This document shows positions 1-9,315 of a stretch of 64,000 nucleotides of DNA, piece by piece; position 1 is the first letter of the stretch; each line of letters starts with the position of its first letter. Source of the stretch: Candidatus Moraniibacteriota bacterium (GTDB lineage Bacteria; Patescibacteriota; Minisyncoccia; Moranbacterales; UBA1568). The notes under the pieces are model-generated. The model made no database searches and was not told the origin of the DNA. It saw only the letters and a program-made list of their open reading frames with translations. Made by a program: the position numbers and the translations under genes. The stretch covers positions 647,828 through 711,827 of the forward strand of contig CP064994.1 in the NCBI GenBank assembly GCA_016699975.1. The letters are read 5' to 3'.

Positions 1-1545
1 GGAGAGCACAGAAGAAGCATACTCACCGAATATGTGAGCCTGCTTCTTAAATCAGGAAAACAAGTTCTTTTTTTGACTTCAAATCCGGCCACTTTGTTGC
101 AGGAGCGATACTGGTATCACGCGGCCGGTATCACACAGGGCATCGCAGTGTATCTCCCCGGGATGAGCGAGAAGGAGCTCCGTCATGTGCGCGAGTCAGT
201 GCGTTGTGGAGAAACGCGCTTTGTTCTTGGAACAGAAGGCGCGCTCTTTCTTCCCTTTCGCTCGCTCGACGTCATCGTGGACAACCGAGGGGGCGACGCG
301 GGATCGTTCGGTCCGATTCTCCCCATTTCGACCGCAGTCGTACTTGACGTATTCCGCCAGATTTTCAAAGTCTCTTTGGTGCGTGTTTCTTCGACGCCTT
401 CTTTTTCGGAAATCTTTGAGGCAAAATCAAACAAAAATTTTGTCGCTCTTTCTCAGAAGAAGCATCCGAAACAAAGAAAATGGGAGATCGTGAACTTGCG
501 TCTTGAGCGATGGAAAAAAAATCGCTCTCCTTTTTCCGAAATACTTCGAACACTTCTGTGCACTACGCTTGCCGAAAAGCGACAAGCGATTCTTGTGGTC
601 GGACGCTCGGGCATGAGTGCCTTCTCTTTCTGCGCCGGATGTAAGACGCTCCTTCGTTGCAGCGATTGTGGAAAAATTCTCTCGTACGAAAAGAGTGGTG
701 AATACATTTGCAACGTGTGCCGAAAACGAACGGGAGCCACTCCTTCCTGTGCTTCGTGCGGGTCACTTGTCTTTTCTCAGGTGGGAATCGGAACGGAACG
801 AGTAGAGCGTGACCTGCGCCGCGCCTTTCCGGAATCAACCTTCGTCCGATATGACAAAAATTCGAGAAAACGACAGAAAACATTCTTAGAAATCGACGAA
901 TTCGTTCACGGAAACCGGGACATCTTTCTCACCACGCCGGAAGGTGCTTTTGGCTGGGACTTGCCGCGAATTTCCCTCGTTGCTATCATGGATGCGGATA
1001 CTCTTGTCGGACTTTCTCGGTGGGATGCCGATGAGTTTGTTTTTCATCTTGGCGCTTCACTCGTAAAAACGGTAGGCGAAAATGGAACCGCGCTGCTTCA
1101 GACGTTCCACCCGGAAAACCCGCTTTTTGACTTTCTGGCGCGCGAAGATCGAGACGGATTCTTTGCCCTGTGCACAGAAGAACGAGAAACGCTTCTCTAC
1201 CCGCCATTCGGACGAATAACGACGCTCACCTGTACTCTTCCCAGCTCACCAAAACTCTGTGAAGAAGTTGACCGAGTCCTCCTCCTCCTTCAGGCGGAAA
1301 AGCACCTCCTTGCCTCAAGGAGAAGAGTCGTTCTCACCGTTTCTCCTGTGCCGAGAAAGCGTTACGGCCGAAAATTTGAAAAAGATATTGTGATTCGAGA
1401 AGAATATTCTTCGACGCACAGAAAAAGAATGCGAGAGAAGGCGACTTCCTCGACACATCTCTTTTCGAAAAAATATTTCAATCACTCCCTTCATGTTGGA
1501 GGGTTGACCGATCGCCATAACGATCTTCACCGTTCTTCCTTTTGA
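1..1545 (+). CDS. priA: primosomal protein N' (PriA), C-terminal portion; 5' end lies outside the window
   Basis: Frame 1 is open from base 1. Four CxxC pairs (CAGC, CSDC, CNVC, CASC) match the PriA zinc-binding region, followed by a C-terminal domain. Located upstream of def-fmt. Confidence 0.7.
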   Translation, partial: GEHRRSILTEYVSLLLKSGKQVLFLTSNPATLLQERYWYHAAGITQGIAVYLPGMSEKELRHVRESVRCGETRFVLGTEGALFLPFRSLDVIVDNRGGDAGSFGPILPISTAVVLDVFRQIFKVSLVRVSSTPSFSEIFEAKSNKNFVALSQKKHPKQRKWEIVNLRLERWKKNRSPFSEILRTLLCTTLAEKRQAILVVGRSGMSAFSFCAGCKTLLRCSDCGKILSYEKSGEYICNVCRKRTGATPSCASCGSLVFSQVGIGTERVERDLRRAFPESTFVRYDKNSRKRQKTFLEIDEFVHGNRDIFLTTPEGAFGWDLPRISLVAIMDADTLVGLSRWDADEFVFHLGASLVKTVGENGTALLQTFHPENPLFDFLAREDRDGFFALCTEERETLLYPPFGRITTLTCTLPSSPKLCEEVDRVLLLLQAEKHLLASRRRVVLTVSPVPRKRYGRKFEKDIVIREEYSSTHRKRMREKATSSTHLFSKKYFNHSLHVGGLTDRHNDLHRSSF

Positions 1546-1548
1546 TTA

Positions 1549-2073
1549 TTGATTACCGATACGCCTCTTTCTTCCCGAGGAGTGTTCTCTTCCAAAGCTA
1601 TGCCGACCATACTCCCTATCGTCACTGGAAAAGACACGGACATTCTTCACCGATCAACCGATCGCGTGAAGGATCCGCTTCAGAGTGACATCCAAAATTT
1701 ATTGCCCGTCATGTTCGATTCGCTTCGCGCGGCAAATGGCATCGGTCTCGCTGCCCCACAGATTGATCAATCAATTCGTCTTGCCGTGGTCGAAGTTGAA
1801 AATGAACGACTTGTTTTGGTGAATCCAAAAATCACTTCTTTTTCTCGAGAAAAAATCCTGTTCGAAGAAGGATGTCTTAGTCTTCCGGGACAATTCTTTC
1901 TTATCGAGCGATCGGAGCGAATAACAGTTCGCTATCAAGACGAAACCGGAAAAGAAAAGAAAAGAAAGGCGACAGGACTTTTGGCAATCGTCATACAGCA
2001 CGAAGTTGATCACCTCGACGGTATTCTGATCGCTGACCGGTATGAGCGTGACAAGCGAAAGAGACGAACATAA
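1549..2073 (+). CDS. def: peptide deformylase
   Basis: Motifs GIGLAAPQ, EGCLS and HEVDHLDG (the three PDF signature boxes). The true start is probably an internal Met near 1603. Confidence 0.9.
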   Translation: MITDTPLSSRGVFSSKAMPTILPIVTGKDTDILHRSTDRVKDPLQSDIQNLLPVMFDSLRAANGIGLAAPQIDQSIRLAVVEVENERLVLVNPKITSFSREKILFEEGCLSLPGQFFLIERSERITVRYQDETGKEKKRKATGLLAIVIQHEVDHLDGILIADRYERDKRKRRT

Positions 2074-2093
2074 ATTTTGAGAGTCCTTTTCCT

Positions 2094-3068
2094 ATGTCTC
2101 AAGCCACGAAATTCGATTCGAAAAATATTCGAGTGGTATTCATGGGAACTCCCCACTTTGCGGAAGCTTCACTGACACTCCTCTTTGAGGCAGGATATCA
2201 CATCGTTGCTGTATTTACGCAACCCGACAAACCTTCCGGTAGAGATCAAACCTCGGTACAAAGCGCGGTAAAAATCTTCGCCGAAAAAAACACCATTCCT
2301 GTTATTCAGCCGCTCACGCTCAAACACGAAGCACTTGAGCAACTTCGCTCGTACCGACCCGACATTGTTGTTGTGGCCGCGTATGGAAAAATTCTCCCCG
2401 AATCGTTTCTTGGGGTTCCCCGATATGGATGCGTCAATGTGCACGCTTCCCTTCTGCCTCGCTGGCGCGGCGCTTCTCCGGTACAAAACGCGCTCCTTTC
2501 CGGAGATACCGAAACAGGAATAACCATTCTCAAAATGGATCGTGGCATGGATACGGGTCCCATTCTTTCAAAGCGCTCGATTCCTCTTCTTCCCGACGAC
2601 ACTACCGAAACCCTTCTTCCGAAGCTCGCCCAGGTCGGCGGAACGCTCCTTGTGGAAACGCTCCCTGATTGGATTGAGGGACGGATTACTCCGAGAGATC
2701 AGGACCAAACGGGAGTGACCCTGTGTCAGCTTATCGAACGTGAGGACGGAAAACTATTTTGGACTGAGAGCGCTGAGACACTCTACAACCGATTTCGAGC
2801 ATTGCAACCATGGCCCGGCGTCTTCTCCTTCTGGAAGCGCGGCGGATCGCTCCTCCGGTTGAAGCTTCATCACCTTTCCCTTCATCCGCATACTCCGGAA
2901 ACCCCTCATGATCTCGGAGAAGTATTCGAACTCGGCGAACATGTGGGCGTACAAACCGGAAACGGTGTCTTGTTTCTCCACACGGTACAGCTCGAAGGAA
3001 AGTCCGCTCTCCCTATTGCCGATTTCATCCGCGGTTACCCCGATTTTGTCGGGACGCGGCTCGAATGA
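2094..3068 (+). CDS. fmt: methionyl-tRNA formyltransferase
   Basis: N-terminal formyltransferase fold (VVFMGTPHFA, HASLLPRWRGASP) plus the C-terminal Fmt domain. Classic def-fmt pairing. Confidence 0.9.
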   Translation: MSQATKFDSKNIRVVFMGTPHFAEASLTLLFEAGYHIVAVFTQPDKPSGRDQTSVQSAVKIFAEKNTIPVIQPLTLKHEALEQLRSYRPDIVVVAAYGKILPESFLGVPRYGCVNVHASLLPRWRGASPVQNALLSGDTETGITILKMDRGMDTGPILSKRSIPLLPDDTTETLLPKLAQVGGTLLVETLPDWIEGRITPRDQDQTGVTLCQLIEREDGKLFWTESAETLYNRFRALQPWPGVFSFWKRGGSLLRLKLHHLSLHPHTPETPHDLGEVFELGEHVGVQTGNGVLFLHTVQLEGKSALPIADFIRGYPDFVGTRLE

Positions 3069-3139
3069 CAATCTTCATCACGATGTGTTGGAGAAATTTC
3101 CAGTCGTTCTTCTTATTGGTTTGATAAATTCATCTTGAC

Positions 3140-4018
3140 TTGGGAGAAGAAGGTGTTCTTGACATGCCTATGGGAGATACGGCTCGATCACGCGATATGT
3201 CTGTTGTCGGAGGAGGTATTCTCCTTATTCTTGCAATTGCCGGATGGTCGTTTTTTCGCTCGAACATGGAGGAAAAAAAAGACGATGCACTCAAAACTCC
3301 TGATTCGGAAATGACTCTCCCGAACGATGCCCAACGTATCTCAATTGATGACCTCCGTCCACTCGTTCTCGGAAAAGTAAGCTCAAACAATACTGTCATT
3401 CTCGACACAAGGCCGCGCTCGCTCTTCGAAGAAGAGCATGGCATTGGTTTTCGAAGCATGCCCCTTGAGGACTTGAAGAAAAACCTTTCTCTTCCGACCG
3501 AAATAAAAGATCCCACCATTATTCTTCTCTCGGAAAACGATCAAGCGGCCGCACAGGCGTTTCGTTCGCTTGAAGAGCGTGGAGTTTCGAAAGACCGTGT
3601 GCGCATTTTCGATGGCACCTTCGAAACGTGGAAAAAAGAAACGGGACTTACCGTAAAGAAAGCGGACCCAACTTCCCCGATTGATGCAACCAAGGTGCGC
3701 CTGGTTACTCCAGAACAAGCAAAAGAAAAAATAGGGAGCGGCGGATCGTGGTTTCTTCTTGATATTCGGGATCCACATCAGTTTGATCGTGGCCATATTG
3801 CAGGCGCCACAAATATTCCGTTCACACGACTCGAGGAATATCGTTTCAACATTCCTTCTCTCGGGACGATTCTGGTCTATGGCGACAACGATCGAGAAAG
3901 TTTTTCGGGCGGAGTACTTCTCTTCGACCTCGGGTTTTTCAATACCTTTACTCTTTCTTCGGGATTCGATGAATGGGAAAAGAAAAATTTTCCAACACAA
4001 AAGAAAGCAGAAAAATGA
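3140..4018 (+). CDS. membrane-anchored tandem rhodanese-like domain protein; both active-site Cys positions are substituted
   Basis: N-terminal TM helix (ILLILAIAGWSFF) and two rhodanese-like repeats. The catalytic-loop positions read LSENDQ and YGDNDRES, with no Cys in either. Confidence 0.6.
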   Translation: MGEEGVLDMPMGDTARSRDMSVVGGGILLILAIAGWSFFRSNMEEKKDDALKTPDSEMTLPNDAQRISIDDLRPLVLGKVSSNNTVILDTRPRSLFEEEHGIGFRSMPLEDLKKNLSLPTEIKDPTIILLSENDQAAAQAFRSLEERGVSKDRVRIFDGTFETWKKETGLTVKKADPTSPIDATKVRLVTPEQAKEKIGSGGSWFLLDIRDPHQFDRGHIAGATNIPFTRLEEYRFNIPSLGTILVYGDNDRESFSGGVLLFDLGFFNTFTLSSGFDEWEKKNFPTQKKAEK

Positions 4019-4109
4019 AGAGAGGGCTCGTCTTCTCTTCTGGAGAAAAAAGCATACCATTCACTTTTTGAAAGCTCATCATTGTCCAACAAAAGAAAAG
4101 AAAGGAAAG

Positions 4110-4136
4110 AAAAAATGGCCGAGAGGGCCATTTTTT
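4110..4136. terminator. bidirectional rho-independent terminator between convergent rhodanese and groES genes
   Basis: Perfect hairpin AAAAAATGGCC-GAGAG-GGCCATTTTTT, with an A-run on one side and a T-run on the other. Confidence 0.75.
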
Positions 4137-4152
4137 GGTACCGGGAAAGAAG

Positions 4153-4182
4153 AGAGAATACTCTATTAGAGAATACTCTATT
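4153..4182. repeat. 15-bp perfect tandem direct repeat x2 (AGAGAATACTCTATT)
   Basis: Read directly from the sequence, immediately downstream of the groES stop. Confidence 0.6.
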
Positions 4183-4190
4183 ATTGATAT

Positions 4191-4472
4191 CTATTCAGTA
4201 ATTACAGCGAGGATATCCTCATTTTTCACGATCGAATATTCCATGCCGGAAATTTTGATATCTGTACCGCCGTAGCGGGTGTAAATGATATCTTGTCCGG
4301 GCTTGACTCGAATCTTTTCACTCTCGCCCACAGCAACGACACAACCGCGCTTCGAAGATCGGTCTTCGGTCGCATTCTCCGGCAAAAAAATTCCAGACTC
4401 AGTTTTCTTTTCTGGCTTCTCGAAAGAAACAAGCACATTTTCGCCGAGCGGCATAACATTCACTTTTTTCAT
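4191..4472 (-). CDS. groES: co-chaperonin GroES (10 kDa chaperonin)
   Basis: MKKVNVMPLGENVLV...GIFLPE...GCVVAVGE...DIIYTRYGGTDIKI matches GroES throughout. The ORF-track start at 4529 overlaps the CIRCE element, so the internal Met was chosen as the start. Confidence 0.9.
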   Translation of the reverse strand: MKKVNVMPLGENVLVSFEKPEKKTESGIFLPENATEDRSSKRGCVVAVGESEKIRVKPGQDIIYTRYGGTDIKISGMEYSIVKNEDILAVITE

Positions 4473-4522
4473 AGCGGTTTTCTTAGAAAGCGAATTATTC
4501 TGTTTCCAGTGTAGGGAAGAAA

Positions 4523-4549
4523 TTAGCACTCGTCAAGTATGAGTGCCAA
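4523..4549. promoter_or_regulatory. CIRCE (HrcA operator) inverted repeat upstream of groES
   Basis: TTAGCACTC-N9-GAGTGCCAA versus the consensus TTAGCACTC-N9-GAGTGCTAA (one mismatch), about 50 nt upstream of the groES start. Confidence 0.75.
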
Positions 4550-4570
4550 CTCTCTTGCCTTCACAAAAAG

Positions 4571-5635
4571 TTAAAGATTCACCACTACCTCTTGTTCCGA
4601 GTTTTCCCGAAGAATACGGAGAGTGACCGATTCGCCCCGCTTCATATCCCCAATCGCAACAGAGAGTGGAAGATCCAGATTTATTTCCTTGCCGTTTACA
4701 GCAATGATGATATCACCCATCAAGAGCCCCGCTCGCTCGGCAGGAGAGCCGGAGAGGACTGCGAGGCCTTGTTTCCCTGAAGGAGTGAAGAGAAGTGCTC
4801 CGCGATCTCTCGCAATGCTATGTGCCGCCGCATAGGCTTTCGTCAGAGAGAGATAGGACACTCCCAGGCGAGGACGACTTCCAAGAGTTCCCTGAAGAGC
4901 CTGTTCCAAAGATTCCCGAACTGCAGAAGCAGGAAGAAGAAATGACTGACTCCCGCGCGCACTGGAAACAATTCCTACAATACCAACGAGTTTTCCCTGA
5001 TAGTCAATCGCTGGCCCTCCCACATACGGCTCAAGCGTTGCTGCGTCAACCGTAAATACACCTTCCCACTTTTCGGACGATGCTCCTCCAGCACCAGAAA
5101 TATTAAACGTCTTATCCGCATTCCCGAGGAGTCCCGTCGAATAGCGATTTCGGTATTCTTCAGAAGTATTCGCAATGAGAATGAGCTTTTCTCCCGCATG
5201 AATACTTTCGGGATCCGCAAAGGAAATAGCGGGCACCGCATTCACCGCTATTTTCAGAAAGGAGAGTCCCGTCAACGAGTCGTTTCCGACAAAGGTGGCA
5301 GGATAGCTGGTTCCGTTGTACAGAAAAACCGTATACGTAGCATCTTCGAGCAAAGCAGCCTGAAAGGTGGCAATGAGTCCATCATTCGTCATGAGGACAC
5401 CGCTTCCCTGCAGCATATCTTGAGGTTTTTCGGACGATGTTCCTGCTCGGCTTATTTGAGTGCCGACACGTTTCACTGAAAGAATGTTGACAACGCTGGG
5501 AGAAGCAGGGGCTGCGAGGGTGTTGACTGAATCGTCTTCTCTCACGATCACCTGCTCCGTTTTATTGATAATAACTGTATTTTCGGACGCCTTCTGAAAA
5601 ATCCCCCATCGCGAGAATATGGGGTGCGTTACCAT
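4571..5635 (-). CDS. HtrA/DegP-family protein with PDZ domain, predicted catalytically inactive (H->Q, D->G, S->V)
   Basis: Aligns to the canonical HtrA at 7164-8228. GSGVLMTNDGLIATFQAAL corresponds to GSGFFVSSDGTIVTNKHVV, TGLSFLKI to QDIALLKI, and EPYVGGPA to NPGNSGGPL. The C-terminal PDZ is intact (RPRLGVSYLSL...). In-frame upstream sequence to about 5740 encodes a TM anchor (LVSGIGILGIAVIGGIGGIV) but has no ATG. Confidence 0.7.
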   Translation of the reverse strand: MVTHPIFSRWGIFQKASENTVIINKTEQVIVREDDSVNTLAAPASPSVVNILSVKRVGTQISRAGTSSEKPQDMLQGSGVLMTNDGLIATFQAALLEDATYTVFLYNGTSYPATFVGNDSLTGLSFLKIAVNAVPAISFADPESIHAGEKLILIANTSEEYRNRYSTGLLGNADKTFNISGAGGASSEKWEGVFTVDAATLEPYVGGPAIDYQGKLVGIVGIVSSARGSQSFLLPASAVRESLEQALQGTLGSRPRLGVSYLSLTKAYAAAHSIARDRGALLFTPSGKQGLAVLSGSPAERAGLLMGDIIIAVNGKEINLDLPLSVAIGDMKRGESVTLRILRENSEQEVVVNL

Positions 5636-6089
5636 GTCCGGAAGAAGAACGCGATCAGCGACGATTCCTCCGATTCCTCCGATAACGGCGATACCAAGAA
5701 TCCCTATTCCGGAAACGAGTGTTTTTTGAGTGAACCATTCATAAAACGTATCTCAAGTTTTTTTCAAACAGTCTCTTCAGAGACAATAAAAATATTTTCA
5801 AGAAGGGGTTGCGAAGGAGTAGTAAACGTTTCTCAAAGGGAAAATAAAGTATTCAGGAAATATGCTTACCATTTACGAAATTGATTCTCGGCCTTCCGTT
5901 CTCCTTGGGATCCAAGAAGATTGGGATCCAAGAAAAGAAATCTTTCAATTGAGAAAAGTTTCGGAAAGAGTTCTCTCTGTGGTCTTATCAGGAACTCTTT
6001 CTTTTCTCTCTTTCAAAAAATCCGAGGAAACAATGAGGAAGGAGAAAAACATTCTTACCAGAAAAATCCCAAAGAGGACTTTGAATGCA

Positions 6090-6491
6090 TTATACCACCG
6101 GACGCCATATCGAGCTTGAAAGCACGAGACCGAGAAACAGGACGAGCACCGAAAGTTGAACCAAAAGGCGGCGAAGCGTTATCGTCCTTTGGAGGGAAAG
6201 AAGAAGCGTGTCCCACAAAACTGACAAAAAAAGGAGCGAAACAGCTCCCACGGTGAGATAGCCAAATGGCCAGAAAGAACTGACCCATGCCATTTCTCCC
6301 GAAAAAAGAGCAAGAAAGAAAGCGAAAAACCGAGCTTTTTCGGGAGCGTTTCGAAAGTACTGCAAGAAAATATTGCGTCCAACAAGAAAAACACTTCCCG
6401 CCGAAGAGAGCATAAGAAACGGTTCCGAAAAGAATTGAAAGTTGAGAAAAAGACCATAAATTCCACTCAAGAAAAAGAAGAGAGTTGTCAT
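6090..6491 (-). CDS. hypothetical polytopic membrane protein
   Basis: 133-aa ORF with several hydrophobic helices; no recognisable motif. Confidence 0.3.
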   Translation of the reverse strand: MTTLFFFLSGIYGLFLNFQFFSEPFLMLSSAGSVFLVGRNIFLQYFRNAPEKARFFAFFLALFSGEMAWVSSFWPFGYLTVGAVSLLFLSVLWDTLLLSLQRTITLRRLLVQLSVLVLFLGLVLSSSIWRPVV

Positions 6492-6586
6492 GGAAACAAG
6501 GGAGAGAATGCCTCTCGCTGTTTCATCTTTCCCGTAGCTGCGCCGCCTATAGATACCGAGGAGCGAGAGATAAAAAACACCGGAAC

Positions 6587-6832
6587 TTAAAAAGTAAAAA
6601 TTTGTTTCTGTTGTGGAAGACTCACAAAAAAGAAGAGGAGGAGCACGGAAAACGTAAAAAGAGTCGGAAGCACTGTTCCCTCAAAAGATCCGCCGAGCTT
6701 TTTTGAGATCCAAAAGGCGGCAAAGAGAAGACTCCCTGAAAAGAAGAAGAACTGTTCAGGAAAGGCAATGGCCCCTTGGAGCATCCCCCAAAAAAAGAGA
6801 GCAGAGACAAAGAGAGATCCGTGAAAAAACAT
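6587..6832 (-). CDS. hypothetical small membrane protein; may be part of the preceding gene
   Basis: Hydrophobic 81-aa ORF adjacent to 6090-6491 in another frame. Confidence 0.2.
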   Translation of the reverse strand: MFFHGSLFVSALFFWGMLQGAIAFPEQFFFFSGSLLFAAFWISKKLGGSFEGTVLPTLFTFSVLLLFFFVSLPQQKQIFTF

Positions 6833-6895
6833 ACAAGTGAACGAAAAAAGGGCCCTCTTATCCTAGAGGGTTTCCTTTTTTCTTTCAACTTCTCT

Positions 6896-8228
6896 TCATT
6901 CTTTTTTCGTGCGATCTTCCAGTGTGACGCGAATCTCTTTCGTCTCCCCTTTGTGCCAAATTTTCATGAGAATCGTGTCTCCCGCACGTTTCCTTCCGAC
7001 GACATCCCCCAACTGATTGTCGGCATTCATCTTTGTGCCATCGATTTCAAGAATTATATCGTTTTCCACGATTCCCGCTTTGTCCGCGGGACTTCCGGGA
7101 ACGACTGCGAGATCGGTTATCCTCTCACCGCGAATAACCAGAGCGCCAAAATCGAAAGGGAGACTATTTTCTTTCTGGATCTCCGGCGTGATAATAGCGT
7201 AGCGAACTCCCAAAAATGGTGCTGAAATTTTTCCAGTTTCTTTCACTTCGCTCAGTGCATTTTTTGATATTGTTGACCGGTATCGCAAATCCGATATTCT
7301 GAGCGCCCTGAGCCATAGCAACATTGACACCGATCACTTTTCCCGAAAGATCGAGAAGTGGCCCGCCGGAATTTCCGGGATTGATGGCAGCATCGGTTTG
7401 AATAATCCCTGAGAGGCGTTCAGGCATCTCGAATCGGGATCCCGAAGCAACCAGATTTCTCTTGAGTCCTGATACGATGCCTCGACTCACCGTGTTCGAG
7501 AATTCTCCCAGTGAGTTTCCAATGGCAACTGCCGTTTGTCCCACTCTCACTTCATCGGAATTTGCGAGCTCGAGTGCAGGAAATTCCCCGCCCGATATTT
7601 TGAGAAGCGCAATATCTTGGATCGGATCGCGCGCAAGTACCGTTGCGGAGTATTCTTTTTTGTCGGACGTAATCACGGTGTATTCCGCATTCGTTTCTCC
7701 CACGACATGTTTGTTGGTAACAATAGTGCCGTCCGACGAGACAAAAAATCCCGATCCTTCACCGATACGTTGTTTCTCGGTTTCTTGCGGAATCCCACGC
7801 TCCCCACTCATTGGCCCGCCGAAAAAGAAGGGGAAATCAGAATCATCGAAAAAGTTGCGATATTTCGGAACGTCTTGACTGATAACAATACTGACGACCG
7901 CTTTCGAACTCTTTTCCACCAAGTTTACGAGGAGCGCCTCTTCCGAAGAAGAAGTGATGATGGGTTGTTTCTCAGGATTTTGAGGAGACTCGCTTCCCTT
8001 AGTTCTCAAGAGTGGTGGGAGGGGTATACGGAGATCTTCGGCCATGCGAGGCGCCATCCACCATCCGAGGATTCCTCCCAAGAGTCCGGCCAAAAAGCCA
8101 ACCAGAAGAGCGTGAGCGCTTTTTTGAGAGCGACTCGAACGCATCGATTCTTCTTTTTCCGATACGGAGAATTCTGGCGATACTCCTCCAGGTATGTCCG
8201 TTTTTTCCATACGCGTTTTATCAATCAT
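6896..8228 (-). CDS. htrA: serine protease HtrA/DegP/DegQ (trypsin-like domain + PDZ), interrupted by a single frameshift in an A6 run near 7255-7266
   Basis: Catalytic triad present (TNKHVV, DIALLK, GNSGGPL) with an N-terminal TM anchor. The protease ORF 7164-8228 and the PDZ ORF 6896-7330 overlap in different frames. Both frames read through ATCAAAAAATGC, giving NNIKKCTE in one and ISKNALSEVKETGKI in the other. Confidence 0.8.
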
Positions 8229-9304
8229 TAGAAGATGAGCGAGGGATCACCCTCTGACTTTTCGAGAGATCGCTTTTCAAAGTCTCTGAAGCTCTCTTCT
8301 CGAAATACCACTCCACCTTGTTGAGGATCCCAGGTATACCGTCGAGACAGAATCCACACATTCCTCTTCTCCTTTTCTTTCGCGAGCCATTCCGGAAAAG
8401 CGGGTTTTCGAACAAATACTTGGCGCACACGAATAAGTTCCGATCCAGATTCGTTTTTTCGTCCCAAAACAGAAGCAATATGAAATCCGAGACGACTCTC
8501 AATAACAGGACCGATCTCGTCTCTCTTCTGTTTTTCGAGCGCCGCAACGAGCTCCGGTACCAAAGCGCTTGTTTGAACCCACCCCAGATCTCCACCATTT
8601 TTTGCGGAATCCCCGTCCGAAAATTCTCGAGCGACCCTCTCCAAGCTCTCCCCCGTTTTCAATTTTCGAGCGGCCTCTTCTATCGTTTCTTTCGCTTTCG
8701 AAGAGTCCCGTTCTTTTTCGAACCATTGATTCATGGCATCCCGAAAGAGCGAGGGCCGAACGACGCGTGACTCAAAAATCCGAAAGATTCCATCCATAGA
8801 GCCTTTCGAGTTTCTGTTCAAGACGATCACGACTTCCTCCCTCTTGGTCAAGAGCGGATTGAACCGCACTTTTACTTCTCCTTCGGAGAAAGCAATGTGG
8901 CGCTCCGAGGCAAGAGAAAGAAGAATGCGATCCTCAATCAATTTTCCCAAAATATCTTTTTCGCGGATGAGCAACCGATTTTTTCCTTCCGGCGTATCGA
9001 AATCGACTCGAAATCCTTTTTTCGCGAGATCATCGGATTGAGATTGATAAAACCTTCGCAGAGATTCGCGGTTTCGAACAAGTTCTCGAAATGAGAGAGG
9101 CTCTCCGTCGACTATGGCAACAGGAAATGGAAATATTCGTCGCAAAACGGCACTCATTGCGCTTTCAGGAAACCACACCACTATTCCAAATGTCACCACA
9201 AAAAGAAGTGCGACGAAGAGAAGCGATCCGAAAAGGACCGAGAAAACAGAAACGAATGTTCGTCGTTTCGGGCGCTGCTTCTGTGCGGAGGTCGAGATCG
9301 TCAT
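8228..9304 (-). CDS. membrane-anchored parvulin-type peptidyl-prolyl cis-trans isomerase (PpiC/PrsA/SurA-like)
   Basis: N-terminal TM helix; parvulin rotamase motifs (GGDLGWV, GFHIASVLGRK). Confidence 0.75.
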   Translation of the reverse strand: MTISTSAQKQRPKRRTFVSVFSVLFGSLLFVALLFVVTFGIVVWFPESAMSAVLRRIFPFPVAIVDGEPLSFRELVRNRESLRRFYQSQSDDLAKKGFRVDFDTPEGKNRLLIREKDILGKLIEDRILLSLASERHIAFSEGEVKVRFNPLLTKREEVVIVLNRNSKGSMDGIFRIFESRVVRPSLFRDAMNQWFEKERDSSKAKETIEEAARKLKTGESLERVAREFSDGDSAKNGGDLGWVQTSALVPELVAALEKQKRDEIGPVIESRLGFHIASVLGRKNESGSELIRVRQVFVRKPAFPEWLAKEKEKRNVWILSRRYTWDPQQGGVVFREESFRDFEKRSLEKSEGDPSLIF

Positions 9305-9315
9305 ATCATGAGTAG

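Noticed and set aside
4191-4529. 112-aa GroES with a 19-aa N-terminal extension
   Set aside because: The extension overlaps the CIRCE operator, and the conserved GroES sequence begins at the internal Met (MKKVNVMPLG).
7536-8231. 231-aa plus-strand ORF
   Set aside because: Antisense to canonical htrA, which has unambiguous catalytic motifs.
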